A stretch of DNA of 64,000 nucleotides from Sedimentisphaerales bacterium (GCA_963663965.2 CAXXFK010000032.1:64001-128000); one strand, 5' to 3'. Positions 11,315 to 22,397 are shown, numbered from the stretch's first letter. Notes: a model not told the origin generated them from the sequence alone. Made by a program: numbers and translations.

Positions 11315-12680
11315 TCAATCCACTTTGGCTGTTGTATCACCCATCCGGATTTTTTTAAAAAATTCCAGATACCGGGACAGCTGCTTTTCCATACCCCGAT
11401 CGGTCGGGACGATAATAATTCTTCGTAACCTCCGCTGGGATATATTCCTGTCGAACCACACCATTGGAATAACTATGCGGATATTTATAGTCCACCCCCC
11501 GGCCCAGCTTTTTCGCTCCGCTGTAATGCGCATCCTTCAGATGATCCGGAACCGGTACCGTCCGCCCCTTGCGAACATCGCCGCAGGCCTGCCAGATCGC
11601 CTCGGCGCTTCGATTGCTTTTTGGCGCGCAGGCAATATAAATCGCCGCCTGGGCCAACGGCAGCTGCGCCTCCGGCAATCCAATAAACTCGCTGATCTGA
11701 ACGGCAGCCGCCGCCAGCACCGTGGCCATTGGATCGGCATTACCCACATCCTCCGCCGCGCATACCGCGATGCGCCTCGCGATAAAACGGGGATCCTCCC
11801 CTCCTTCAATCAACCGCGCCAGCCAATAGACCGTCGCGTCCGGATCACTGCCCCGCATCGATTTCTGCAATGCGCTGGCCAGATCATAATGATTATCACC
11901 CGACTTGTCCGAAACCAGCGATTTCTGCTGGATCGATTCCACTGCCAAAGCCTTATCGAATCGGATGGTCACCTCTTCGCCCCCATTCGCTCGCATCATG
12001 GCCAGTTGCGAAAATACCCCAATCTCCAAAGCCGTCAACGCCTTGCGGGCATCGCCATCGCTCATGATCGCCAGATAATCCACCGCCTCATCCGTGATCT
12101 CGACCGCCATCTGCCCCAATCCCAACTCACGGTTATTCAAAGCCCGCCGAATAATCAGCTTGATATCCTCCAGAGCCAGCGATTTAAACTCAAAAATCGT
12201 ACTCCGTGACACCAGCGCCGAATTAACCGAAAAAAAGGGATTTTCCGTGGTAGCCCCTATCAATATCACAACGCCATGTTCCACATCATCCAGCAGCACA
12301 TCCTGCTGCGCCTTGTTAAATCGATGGATTTCATCCAGAAACAGAACCGTTCGCTTCTCATCATTCACCAGGCGATAACGGGCATCTTCAATCATCTTAC
12401 GGATCTGGGCCACCCCAACCGTCGCCGCATTCGCCGAAACGAATACTGCCGAACAGTGATTCGCGATCACATGGGCCAGCGTCGTCTTACCCGTACCGGG
12501 CGGACCATAAAATATCAGGCTGCTGAGCCGATCCGCCTTGAGCATACGCCATAACAACATGCCTTCAGCCAGAAAGTGGCCCTGACCCACAAACTCCTCC
12601 AGACTGCGCGGCCGCATTCGTGCCGCCAGCGGTGAGGCATCATTTAATCGCTTCTTTTCAATTTCACGAAATAAATCCAT
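11315..12680 (-). CDS. rarA: replication-associated recombination protein A (RarA/MgsA)
   Basis: PLAARMRP, GPPGTGKT, FLDEIHRFNKAQQD, GATTENP, SALQKSMRGSDPDA, YKYPH. One frameshift near 11400; the C-terminus PTDRGMEK is in ORF 11315-11533. Confidence 0.93.
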
Positions 12681-13039
12681 GCCTGACATTGTAACCGCAA
12701 GCCCCATCCATTGACAAGAGACACCTCCACAGAAAGCCCTATAACTTACAGCCACTCTTGCCGGAGTGAGTATGATAATCATTAAGAATCCCGAACCTGA
12801 CAACTGCTTATCTTCTTGCAATACAAGGCCTTACAAAGGCAAGCGACTACTCCTCTTTTGTAAAACCAGTTCCTCAGGGTTTAAACCTGAATAGTCATAC
12901 AGTTTATACCGACTATAACGACAGAAACGATTATTTAAAGAACAGACGTTATCTTCAACTCGGATTGCACTGAATCTGAACCAGTCATTCCAGTAAATAT
13001 AATTGATTGTGATCCTTTTCGCCGACCAGGAATCTCATT

Positions 13040-14137
13040 ATGCAGCTACAGGAATACATTGAAAATCTCGCCCGGGATTGCATCCACTACAGCGACAATC
13101 ATCCCTGCCGAAAACATCTCAAAACCGGCGAGACCTGCAAATGCCAGTCGTATGAAAAACGCACCGGCAAAGCGCTGTTCATTCAATTGTCATCGCCCGA
13201 GACCGTCATACGCAGCAATGCCCTGCTCCAGCGCATCAGACAGGAAAACCCCGGCCTGCATATCGTCTATCTGACCAACTGGCCCGACCTGCTGGGCAAC
13301 TCGGTCACCGAAACGATTCGGCCCGATGGCGCCGGATTTGCCCGCGTACAATGCGAATTATACGATCAGGCCTGGAATCTGGATACTCATCGGGAAGCCT
13401 GCACGGTCATGCAGATGATCCAAAGCGAAACCAAAGGCGGAGTCGGCCTGTCAAAATGCCAGACCCAACCGATGGATTCCGCGGCCGGATTTTTCGCCAA
13501 TTCATTAATTCCTGCCCGTGAGCATCATAGCATGCGTACGATTCCCCTGCGTCGTCATATCCAGGATCTCTTTGCCATCTGCCAACTCGAATATAACCGC
13601 GAAATGCCTCGACTCAAACTATCGGCTTCACATATACCCAATCTGATTGATATTGCCAGCCCCATCTGCCTGATACACCTGAATGATCGTTGGCAGTTTA
13701 CAACCAACCAGTGGCAGGCCATACTGAATCGGCTGGAAGGAACCGTCATTCTAACCGGCGATGAAACCAGTGACCTTTACGCGCGTCATATCGCTCACCG
13801 CTGCGATGCCATTTATTCCGGCCCCATCTCCATGAGAAGCTGGATACATTACGCTGCCGTGTCGGACCTGGTGATAGCGCCCGCCGGCTGGCAGGCAGAA
13901 ACCGCCTGGGCCCTCGGTAAACAGGTATTCACCGTCCAGATGTCACCACAGGACCAGCTCTATCAACCGGATGACTTTCCCGGCCGCATGCTGCAAATCG
14001 GCCATCACCAACTGACCATCGAATCGCTCGCGTATGCGATTATCGAAAATCTCATTACCTACTCCTTCGATCCGGACGGCCTGTTGGCGCGCATGAAATA
14101 TCCTGAAAGATCATACAGTACACACACAACTCCCTGA
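13040..14137 (+). CDS. glycosyltransferase family 9 (heptosyltransferase)-like protein, divergent
   Basis: N-terminal DC.HY...HPC..H...C.C..Y motif, ALFIQL....VIRS..LL..I, and HYAAVSDLVI...AWALGKQV resembling the GT9 C-lobe. Confidence 0.55.
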   Translation: MQLQEYIENLARDCIHYSDNHPCRKHLKTGETCKCQSYEKRTGKALFIQLSSPETVIRSNALLQRIRQENPGLHIVYLTNWPDLLGNSVTETIRPDGAGFARVQCELYDQAWNLDTHREACTVMQMIQSETKGGVGLSKCQTQPMDSAAGFFANSLIPAREHHSMRTIPLRRHIQDLFAICQLEYNREMPRLKLSASHIPNLIDIASPICLIHLNDRWQFTTNQWQAILNRLEGTVILTGDETSDLYARHIAHRCDAIYSGPISMRSWIHYAAVSDLVIAPAGWQAETAWALGKQVFTVQMSPQDQLYQPDDFPGRMLQIGHHQLTIESLAYAIIENLITYSFDPDGLLARMKYPERSYSTHTTP

Positions 14138-14156
14138 TTTTCAAAGCTGCCTCTCG

Positions 14157-14195
14157 GGGTCGCAAGAATTAAATTTCTTTGCGACCCTTTTTTTT
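14157..14195 (+). terminator. intrinsic terminator
   Basis: GGGTCGCAA...TTGCGACCC followed by T8. Confidence 0.8.
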
Positions 14196-14266
14196 ACCCC
14201 TCAATATCCCGAATTATCCGATTTGCCATTGATTGCCGGGTCACATCATCTATAATGCCATAGACT

Positions 14267-15043
14267 ATGGCTAATAAATTACTGTTTTTAGGCACCGGAA
14301 CCAGTATGGGCATCCCAATGATCGGATGCGATTGCGCGGTATGCCGCAGCGATGACCCCAGAGACAAGCGGAACCGCTGCTGTGCCTTACTTAAGTTAAA
14401 TGGTAAACAGATCTTAATCGACACCCCCCCGGAACTCAGACTGGCCTGTATCGCCAACCATGTACGCTGGATCGATACCTGCTTGATTACTCACACCCAT
14501 GCCGACCATCTGTTCGGCCTGGACGACCTGAGACGCTTCAATCAAATCCAGCGCTCGACCATCGATCTGTGGGCCTCGCCCTTCCACATGGAAAAAATCG
14601 ATCGGACCTTCCGCTACGCCCGCCATACCGAACGTCCCGAATCGGTCGACTTGCCTCAACTCATTTTCCGTGAAATCCAACCGGACACACAGGAAGCCGA
14701 CTTATACGGCAACTCCCTCCGGGCATTTTCCCTGCCGCACGGTCATCATATATCCATGGGCTTTCGCATCAACGATTTCGCTTACTGCACCGATATGCAC
14801 GAAATGCCTCCATCGGTAATCGACGCCTTAGCCGGCGTAAAAACCATCGTGCTGGGCGCTTTACGGGATGAACCCCATCCCGCCCATCTCACCATCAACC
14901 AGGCGCTGGAAATCGTCGGACAGTTGGGAGTCGAACAAACCTGGCTGGTCCACATGAGCCACCATATCAGTCATGCCCGTGACAGCAAACGACTGCCGCC
15001 CGGCGTACAGTTCGCCTGGGACGGCCTCGAAATAGACATATAA
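14267..15043 (+). CDS. MBL-fold metallo-hydrolase (PhnP-like)
   Basis: LGTGTSMGIPMIGCDCAVC, THTHADHLFGLDDLR, AYCTD, HMSH. Confidence 0.9.
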   Translation: MANKLLFLGTGTSMGIPMIGCDCAVCRSDDPRDKRNRCCALLKLNGKQILIDTPPELRLACIANHVRWIDTCLITHTHADHLFGLDDLRRFNQIQRSTIDLWASPFHMEKIDRTFRYARHTERPESVDLPQLIFREIQPDTQEADLYGNSLRAFSLPHGHHISMGFRINDFAYCTDMHEMPPSVIDALAGVKTIVLGALRDEPHPAHLTINQALEIVGQLGVEQTWLVHMSHHISHARDSKRLPPGVQFAWDGLEIDI

Positions 15044-15063
15044 CTATTGGAAAGGGTAAAAGG

Positions 15064-15639
15064 ATGCGTTCATTAACAGTGCTGGTTCTATTCATGGTTA
15101 CTGTACCCGCCTGGGGCGGCCTGCTCATCGTCGGCCAGGATTACCAACTCCCCATTCCCGCACAACTTCACGACCCCGGCCAGATGCCCCCCGCCCGATT
15201 ATGGGTGGACTCTCATGTATCCATAATAGATCTGGATATCAAATTGAACATTGAACATACCGAAGTGGGCGATCTGGTCATCCGCTTAACCAGCCCATCG
15301 GGCACAACCGCCACCCTGAAACAAAGCTGGCTGCCGCTCTGGCGCCAGAACCGACCCAACATGATCGACACCATACTTGATGATGAAGCACCCCTCCCCC
15401 TCAAATCAGGCCAGGCCCCCTATACCGGTCGATTCCGGCCGGAAGTAAATCCCCTCTCACTCTTCGATGGCGAAGATGCCGGCGGCTGGTGGACACTGAA
15501 TATCGATGACCCCATTTACTACGACTATGGCCAACTCAACCGCTGGGAACTGCATATCACCCATGCCCCCGAGCCCTCCATGCTGACACTGGCAATCACC
15601 GGCCTCCTGTACTGCCAGAAAAGGCGGACCCATCCATGA
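15064..15639 (+). CDS. proprotein convertase P-domain protein with PEP-CTERM tail
   Basis: Signal peptide, IEHTEVGDLVIRLTSPSGT, GWWTLNIDD, and C-terminal APEPS + hydrophobic segment + KRR. Confidence 0.85.
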   Translation: MRSLTVLVLFMVTVPAWGGLLIVGQDYQLPIPAQLHDPGQMPPARLWVDSHVSIIDLDIKLNIEHTEVGDLVIRLTSPSGTTATLKQSWLPLWRQNRPNMIDTILDDEAPLPLKSGQAPYTGRFRPEVNPLSLFDGEDAGGWWTLNIDDPIYYDYGQLNRWELHITHAPEPSMLTLAITGLLYCQKRRTHP

Positions 15640-16778
15640 CTACGCCTCCCAACCGGCCGGACCATAAACCCCGGATCATGCAGTTGATCACCGACCTGGA
15701 ACTGGGCGGCGCGCCCATGATGGTTCAGAATTTATCCCTGGGCCTGCACCAGAGAGGCTACGAAGTAGCAGTAACATGCCTGGCCAAGGCCGGTCCCGTT
15801 GCCGACACCCTGCGCCACCACGGCATCATCGCCGCCGGATTTGATGCCTGGAGTGCGATAGACATATCGGTGTTATGGCGTCTGGCGCAATTTATCCGAA
15901 AATACCGCCCGGATATCCTCCACTGCCATCTGATGCACGCCAACGTAGTCGGCCGCCTTGTCGGCCGGCTATGCTACGTCCCCCGCATCATAGCAACCAT
16001 CCACACGGCCGAACGCAAAAAACACTGGCACCTCTGGCTCGAATCCCTGACCCAGCGTCTTTCCAACCGGATCATCTGCGTCTCCCCCTCCGTGCAACGC
16101 CACATGTCAACCTATATCGCTCAAAATCGGCTTAAAACCATCTGTAACGGAATTGACGTGGATAAATACCACGATGCCCAGCCATATAACCCCTGGGAAC
16201 TGGAATTGAACCCGGACCTCCCCATCCTGATCTTCACCGGCCGCCTCGATCCGGTCAAAAATATCGGTAAAATCATTCAGGCAATCAAACTCCTATCCGA
16301 ATCCGGCCACCAGGTCCAGCTGCTGATCGTCGGCGACGGCCCCATGAAATCCGAATTACTGGCCTCCACCCGGCTCCTCCAGCTCACCCGTCATATCCAC
16401 TTCCTGGGCGCCCGCCGCGATATCCCCCGACTCTTGAAGTCTGCCGACATCTTCATCATGGCCAGCCGCTGGGAAGGCATGAGCATATCCGCCCTGGAGG
16501 CCATGGCCGCCGAAACCCCCATCATCGCCTCCAACGTCCCCGGCCTGAATGACATGATCCGCGATCAGCAGAACGGCTTACTGTTCGACCCCGCCTCCCC
16601 CCAGCAGATCGCAACCAAAATCAAAACCCTGCTGGATAATAAACCCCAGGCCCGACAACTGGCCCAAAACGCCTCCCAGACCGTACGGCAACAATACTCC
16701 CTGACCGCCATGATCGACCACTACTGCACCCTCTACCACCAATTATCCCCCCACCCCCCACAACCATCCAGCCCATAA
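15636..16778 (+). CDS. GT4 glycosyltransferase
   Basis: GGA, GRLDPVKN, LGARRDI, SRWEGMSISALEAMA. Confidence 0.92.
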   Translation: MTTPPNRPDHKPRIMQLITDLELGGAPMMVQNLSLGLHQRGYEVAVTCLAKAGPVADTLRHHGIIAAGFDAWSAIDISVLWRLAQFIRKYRPDILHCHLMHANVVGRLVGRLCYVPRIIATIHTAERKKHWHLWLESLTQRLSNRIICVSPSVQRHMSTYIAQNRLKTICNGIDVDKYHDAQPYNPWELELNPDLPILIFTGRLDPVKNIGKIIQAIKLLSESGHQVQLLIVGDGPMKSELLASTRLLQLTRHIHFLGARRDIPRLLKSADIFIMASRWEGMSISALEAMAAETPIIASNVPGLNDMIRDQQNGLLFDPASPQQIATKIKTLLDNKPQARQLAQNASQTVRQQYSLTAMIDHYCTLYHQLSPHPPQPSSP

Positions 16779-16790
16779 TCCCCCCCTCTC

Positions 16791-17718
16791 GTGGCACGGG
16801 CATCCTGCCCGTGTATTCCCCCCTTCTCAAGTACCACACACATCCTGCCCATGTATTCCCCCCTTCTCAAGTACCACACACATCCTGCCCGTCTTCTCCC
16901 GCATTGCCCGTAAATCCTCCACTTGCCCCCCGTAGAGACGCAACGCTTGCGTCTCTATACTTTTTCTCAAATCTCAGATCTGCCCTCTCTTGTATACCTT
17001 CCGCAAATAATCCCATCATCACACAACACCAATCAGGCCCGCATGATCATTACTGAAACCCGAAGGGTTGCCAGTTTCTAGCCGGGGGTGTCAACCCGCC
17101 GGAATAAGTGCCCCCCATCCAATCAAAGGCCTGAAAGGCCGACAGAGGGGGAGTAAGGGAACATTCTGAATTTCAGCATTATTCCGTAGTCGGCCCCTTA
17201 GCCTTTCATAGTTATCTGCCTGTTTCATCTGCGTCCCTCAGTCCCGATGTACATTGGGATCTGCGGTTAGAACGGCTGTTATATTTTTTATCATACCTCA
17301 AATTCCAAAACCGACCCCATTAAAATAATAACTCTAACATCAGTAACGAAACGAGCTTAACGAAAAATAAAAACTCATCCGCCTCAAGGCGGATACAAAT
17401 AATATCTCGGAGAGATCAAAAGCGCATAGCCCCCCAATTCATTGGGGGGAATAGCCAAACCAGCGTTTAAAATTTTTAACCCACGCCTCGCAGAGGCATA
17501 CCGACAGGATTTCGCACCAGAGGCGAAAGATAACGTAGCATGGGCAACCCCCGGTTGCCCATGCCGCAGGTCCGCCGTGGCGGGCTGGTTAAATAAACCA
17601 TGAGCACAGCGAATACCAATACAAAACCAAACAAACCCAATATGAAAAAATATCACCCTAACCTCAACAACGAACTGAACTTAACCAAAATAAAACGAAC
17701 ATCCGCCTTAGGGCGGAT
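16791..17718. repeat. intergenic mosaic of REP-like palindromes plus a 40-bp tandem duplication
   Basis: GTGGCACGGGCATCCTGCCCGTG (16791); 40-bp unit x2.3 (16801-16892); GTAGAGACGCAA..TTGCGTCTCTA (16932); an arm like that of the TnpA element (17055-17145); ATCCGCCT..aGGCGGAT-type palindrome twice (17377, 17701); GTAGCATGGGCAAC..GTTGCCCATGC (17535). Confidence 0.8.
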
Positions 17719-17776
17719 ACCACAATTTTGCATTTTAAATTCTAAATTTTAAATTTCTAATCAGGAGGTACCAACC

Positions 17777-17995
17777 ATGTCATCTTCCCTACGAAGACTC
17801 AGAGCCAACCGTCGTAACGCCCAAAAATCCACCGGCCTGAAAAAACTCAACTGGCAATGGCATCCCGATATCTGCCAGGCCTCCCGAAAGGACCAGATCG
17901 GCAAACCCGAGACCCGGCCCTACCCGCCCCAACGTCGTGAAACCATCAATGGCGTCACGGTCAGTATTCAGGACACACCTGAAAGAGCCCACTAA
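17777..17995 (+). CDS. small protein with an 'ANRRNAQKSTG' N-terminal motif, possibly truncated
   Basis: Strong AGGAGG RBS. I recall this motif at the N-terminus of uncharacterised planctomycete/acidobacterial proteins. Confidence 0.55.
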   Translation: MSSSLRRLRANRRNAQKSTGLKKLNWQWHPDICQASRKDQIGKPETRPYPPQRRETINGVTVSIQDTPERAH

Positions 17996-18000
17996 CCTTT

Positions 18001-19068
18001 TTATTCTGGCGCTTTAAAAGTAACCACCGTCAACTCGGCGGTTGTCCAGCTTTTATTGTCCAGTATCTCATGCAGCTCACCCGGCTTCAGCTCCGGAGCA
18101 TTGTTCTTTCGCTCCACAACCACTAACGCCTTGGCTCCCTTGTTGATGGACTTGAAATTGCCGGTGTAATTTCCCGAATTCACCCCGGTCAGCAGCAAAG
18201 GCCGTCGTGTCGCGATCGCGCGCACCAGGAACTCACCGTGCGGGGGCTTGATTGCAATTTGAAAATCATCCAGCGGATCGGGGATCATCATCTTCCCACC
18301 CGCCTTAAGCAGCGACTGGCCTTGATGCAGGCGATTAGGATATAGCTGTGTCATATCCCCCTCGGGATCGAGCGCGATCAGCGTAATATAACAATCGGCT
18401 GTCGCCGTCAGGTTAAATTCGATAAACTCGCCTTCGGCATACACCCGCTTGAATTCAGGCGTCTCCAGCGTCACCTTAAATGGCTGGGTTGGATTAACCG
18501 AATCCATCAGATCGCTGTTCTCCAGGATAACCGGACCGTCAGGCCGCTCGCCCGGTTGGCCCGGCCCCGGCCGCGCCAGTTTCATATTCTCGATCAATTC
18601 CCGCGTCTTCACCGGCCACTGCTCCAGCTGATCCACCGGCGTCCAGCCCCGCCGAACCACCTTGGCCCCCGCGCAATCCAGCAGCCGCATACTCAAATGA
18701 TGCTTCTCACCCACCTTGGCCAGACTGCCCTGCAGCAGATAACGCACCTCGATCGAACGGCCGAACCGGGCCGCCTGCTCCGCGTTCGAATTCAACGCAC
18801 CCGGCTTCAACTGCTGCTTATCCAGCGCCTGCGCCAACTCACGCTCCTGATACAGCGGATACCGGCTGGCATCCACCTGACTCTGTATATACCGGCACAA
18901 CTGCTCACTCATCGGGTTGATCGGCGGATCGATCGCCTTGGACCGCACCGTAAACACCTCAAACGGTATCACCGCCAGCTTCCCTCCCGCCGGCGTATTC
19001 GGATCGGCCAAACCCGCGGCCGCCAGACAGGCAACCAGAACGATAACTATATTATATTTCCGTTTCAT
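18001..19068 (-). CDS. exported protein: CsgG/FlgO/TolB-N-like domain + DUF4384-like domain
   Basis: Signal peptide; LAVIPF...ERELAQAL...AARFGRSIEVRYLLQGSL; YAEGEFIEF...DCYITLI...LYPN...IP...PPHGEFLVRAIAT. Confidence 0.75.
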   Translation of the reverse strand: MKRKYNIVIVLVACLAAAGLADPNTPAGGKLAVIPFEVFTVRSKAIDPPINPMSEQLCRYIQSQVDASRYPLYQERELAQALDKQQLKPGALNSNAEQAARFGRSIEVRYLLQGSLAKVGEKHHLSMRLLDCAGAKVVRRGWTPVDQLEQWPVKTRELIENMKLARPGPGQPGERPDGPVILENSDLMDSVNPTQPFKVTLETPEFKRVYAEGEFIEFNLTATADCYITLIALDPEGDMTQLYPNRLHQGQSLLKAGGKMMIPDPLDDFQIAIKPPHGEFLVRAIATRRPLLLTGVNSGNYTGNFKSINKGAKALVVVERKNNAPELKPGELHEILDNKSWTTAELTVVTFKAPE

Positions 19069-19271
19069 TATCAGAACCTTCTATTGAAATTGTAATTGTT
19101 AAACACAACGTTCTCACGTCAAGAAATCACCAGCGTTTCTCTTCTTTGATATCACGCTTCCCCAAAGTACTATCCAATTTCCTTCAATCCCCCATCGCAT
19201 CAATAAACCCTAAAGGACGATAAACCACCTTAAGTGAGTCTGCCAAGCTCTAGCCAGCACAAGAGCCTGTA

Positions 19272-22200
19272 TCATAAAAAATGCATCAGAAGAACGCGAA
19301 ATCCGATAATCTCAGTACGAATAAAACGAGTATCACTTATACGTGCGGCTGAACGGCAATCAAATGGTGCACTAGTCCAGGATCCCCCACGCAGAATTCC
19401 CTTTGTTCCTCTGGATAATTTGGAACCGCTGCCAGAAGAATTATCGTACCAATTCCAACTCCATTCATATACATTTCCATGCATATCATATAAGTTCCAA
19501 CGATTGGGTTGAAAAGAGCCTTGCTTGCTGGTATAAATAAAGCCGTCCCGGCTTGAACTGGTTGGCGATTTGGGAAATTTATTTTTAAAACTAATATCCG
19601 CCATATTACCATAATACCCATGGTTATCCGGGTTATCACCCCAGAAATACAATGTATCCGTCCCCGACCGACAGGCATATTCCCATTGCGCTTCCGTTGG
19701 CAGGGTATAGAGACGGCCTTCTTTATTGCTTAACCATTCACAAAATGCTATGGCATCCTCCCAGGCAATGCAAACCACTGGGTGATCTGTACCCTGTTGA
19801 TAACCTGGCTGTTTCCAGTTAATGTTACCCCCCTTTTTTTCTTGAATAGTCACGTAGTGACTTGCAATAACAAATTGTTGAAATTGCTCAATATTCACTT
19901 CATATTGGCCAAGCCAGTATCCTGCATCAATCCTTTCAGTATGCTGCGGACGATCGTCGGTTATAATATAATCTTCTTCAACATTAAATTTTCTAGCTAT
20001 TTCACTATGCGATAATCTGCTGCCTAATTTAAATTCACCCGATGGTATCCATACAAGTTTCATTCCAATACTATTAGTCATTATATCGCCTGGTTCTGGT
20101 TCAAGATAACGTTCCAGCTTTGCTTTGAGTTGATTGGCTTCAGGATAAGCAGCATTGATCTCTAAAAGTTTATTGAGCATTTCTAAGCCTTTAGAGGCCG
20201 ATGTAATATCATCACAAGCCTGTGCCAAACGAAATAATTCCGATGCGTATACTTCGCGTGCGTGAGCAATCCGGTCAACTTCGTCCAGACTGCCTAGAAT
20301 CTCCTTCATCAGGGATAAAACACTCTTATAATCCGCCTTTTCGAAAGCCGCCGCCGCCTCTGCCATCAACCGCTCCAGCGCTTTCCAGTTTTCCCCGCCA
20401 TACCGCTGCATCAGGTCGGTATCATAACCGCTCATCCGGCGCTTCATCTGCTCAGCCGCCGCCTCTGCCAGTTCTTTCAACTGCACCTGCTCACGACCGG
20501 CTGCCTGTGCGCTCAACTGACCGGCCGCTTCGCTGATGTCATTAAACTGCTGACAAACTGAAGGCAGGTCCGCATCCGCCCGAACAATCTCTTTATAGTC
20601 CTGACGGAGTCTATCTAACTCCTCCGAACAAAACTCCTGGACCTTCGCATCATTTTGAGCCGCCGCCAGAACCGCCTGAGCATTCTCCTGCGCCTCGGTC
20701 AGCCGCTGCCGCCAGGCCGCCTGGCTCTCCTGCACGGCCAGTTCATATAAATCCGTAACGTCATTCATCACCCCCGCCGCTTCCAGTCGCCGGTCGGCGG
20801 ATAAGGCCCCCAGTGAGGCTTCTTTCTCGGCCGCGGTTTGACTGCGGTGCTGCGAATCGGCGATCTCAGCCGTTTGCCAGTGTTGCGCCCGGACTTTGGC
20901 CTGAGTCATTTTCTCACGGGCCGCATCATAGATGACCAATTCTTCCAATACCCGCCCGGTCTCCGCCTGTGCCCCGGAATAACCCTGGGCCGCCTGCTGA
21001 TAACTCCAGACTGCCCGGGCGTAATCACCTGACCGGTCATATTCCAATCCCCCATTATAACAGCTGTCAGCCTGGGCCATGGTCGCTTTGGCATGCAGCC
21101 GGGCCTCCTGGGCCTCTGCAACTTTTCGTGCATCCTGGGCACCCAGCTTGGACTGACCGGCATCCAACGCGCCAAAAGGATTTTCTATCTCTTTACCCAA
21201 CTCATACGCAGACAAATACGCCGGCCAATCCAGACAATCAGCCTGTTGCAGATAAACCTGCTTAAGAAAATCCACCTCCTCTAAATCCGCCAGATTCGGA
21301 TATGCTTCCCGCAGCTGTTCCATGGGTTGTTTCACGGATACGACTGGAGTGACGGGATCCGTATTGTGCGTGATCTCATTCTGCCCTCGATCAGGCATTG
21401 ATCTCGTATCCTCCCGATTCTGCCACCAGTAAATCCCTCCCACCAGCAGCAGAACCGCTACCAGCCCACCCGCCAGCATCTTGACAAGCCCACCACGTCC
21501 CGGCTTGGCCCCTGGCCTTTCCTCTCGTTTCAAAACTTGCGTTTTTTGCCCATCCAGGGTCTCATACCCACCCCCGCCGGCGGTCAGTTCTTCCACCAGT
21601 TCTCCCGCCGTACCCTGCCGCAACTCCGGCAATTTGGCCAGCGCCATGAGTATGGCATTATTGGCGGCCTTCGAGACGGCATCGATCGGATCGGCCTTTC
21701 GGCTCTTGATCTGCTCGCGGATATCCCCGGTATAAAAGGGAGGATGACCGGCCAGGCATTCGTACAACACGCACCCCAGCGAATAGATATCCATCCGCGC
21801 GTCCGGCTTATCCCCCATCAGCTGCTGCGGACTCATATACGGCAGCGTCCCCGAGGTCTCATTGCCCGTCAACCGGGTATAACTGTCCTTCATCTCCCGC
21901 GCGATCCCGAAATCCAGCACCTTCACCCGCCCATTCGGCCCCACCATGATATTGGTCGGCTTGATATCCCGGTGAAAGATCCCCTGACCATGCGCGTAAT
22001 CCAGCGCCGCCGCCACCTGCCTGGCCATCGGCAGCGCCTCCTCCAGCGTCATCACCTGCCCCTGTTCCAGCCGGTCGGCGATCAGATGATCCAGCGTCCG
22101 CCCCGCCACGTATTCCATCGTAATGAATTTCTCATGCCCCTCGCCATGCAGATCGTATATCCGCACAATATTATCATGGGCCAGCTTATGCGCCAGCGCC

Positions 22201-22397
22201 ACCTCCCGCCGCAGGTTATGCAGCGTTGTGCGATTCCCCGCCAGCGACGGCGGAATCATCTTAACCGCCACCCGCTCCCCAATCTCTACATCCTCCGCCA
22301 GATACACCAGCCCCATGCCGCCCTGACCCAGCTTTTCAATAACCCGGTAGCGACCGGCTAACAACTCACTCGGATAATCATCACTGGGCCTGGACAT
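19272..22397 (-). CDS. membrane Ser/Thr kinase with helical ectodomain and C-terminal FGE-sulfatase (C-lectin fold) domain
   Basis: LGQGGMG, VAVK, HRDIKPTN, DFG, GTLPYMSPQQ; TM LVAVLLLVGGIYWW; LPTEAQWEYACR, LYDMHGNVYEW, RGGSW, GFRV. Confidence 0.93.
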   Translation of the reverse strand: MSRPSDDYPSELLAGRYRVIEKLGQGGMGLVYLAEDVEIGERVAVKMIPPSLAGNRTTLHNLRREVALAHKLAHDNIVRIYDLHGEGHEKFITMEYVAGRTLDHLIADRLEQGQVMTLEEALPMARQVAAALDYAHGQGIFHRDIKPTNIMVGPNGRVKVLDFGIAREMKDSYTRLTGNETSGTLPYMSPQQLMGDKPDARMDIYSLGCVLYECLAGHPPFYTGDIREQIKSRKADPIDAVSKAANNAILMALAKLPELRQGTAGELVEELTAGGGGYETLDGQKTQVLKREERPGAKPGRGGLVKMLAGGLVAVLLLVGGIYWWQNREDTRSMPDRGQNEITHNTDPVTPVVSVKQPMEQLREAYPNLADLEEVDFLKQVYLQQADCLDWPAYLSAYELGKEIENPFGALDAGQSKLGAQDARKVAEAQEARLHAKATMAQADSCYNGGLEYDRSGDYARAVWSYQQAAQGYSGAQAETGRVLEELVIYDAAREKMTQAKVRAQHWQTAEIADSQHRSQTAAEKEASLGALSADRRLEAAGVMNDVTDLYELAVQESQAAWRQRLTEAQENAQAVLAAAQNDAKVQEFCSEELDRLRQDYKEIVRADADLPSVCQQFNDISEAAGQLSAQAAGREQVQLKELAEAAAEQMKRRMSGYDTDLMQRYGGENWKALERLMAEAAAAFEKADYKSVLSLMKEILGSLDEVDRIAHAREVYASELFRLAQACDDITSASKGLEMLNKLLEINAAYPEANQLKAKLERYLEPEPGDIMTNSIGMKLVWIPSGEFKLGSRLSHSEIARKFNVEEDYIITDDRPQHTERIDAGYWLGQYEVNIEQFQQFVIASHYVTIQEKKGGNINWKQPGYQQGTDHPVVCIAWEDAIAFCEWLSNKEGRLYTLPTEAQWEYACRSGTDTLYFWGDNPDNHGYYGNMADISFKNKFPKSPTSSSRDGFIYTSKQGSFQPNRWNLYDMHGNVYEWSWNWYDNSSGSGSKLSRGTKGILRGGSWTSAPFDCRSAARISDTRFIRTEIIGFRVLLMHFL

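Noticed and set aside
16801..16892. Possible mini-CRISPR (CATCCTGCCC recurring every 40 bp)
   Set aside because: The intervening sequences are essentially identical, so it is a tandem duplication; no cas genes are present.
19272..19400. DGR variable regions in the other FGE tails (19272, 27486, 33644, 51636)
   Set aside because: Variable positions include codons or residues (GCA, ATA, GAG; K, E, M) that cannot come from AAY by adenine mutagenesis.
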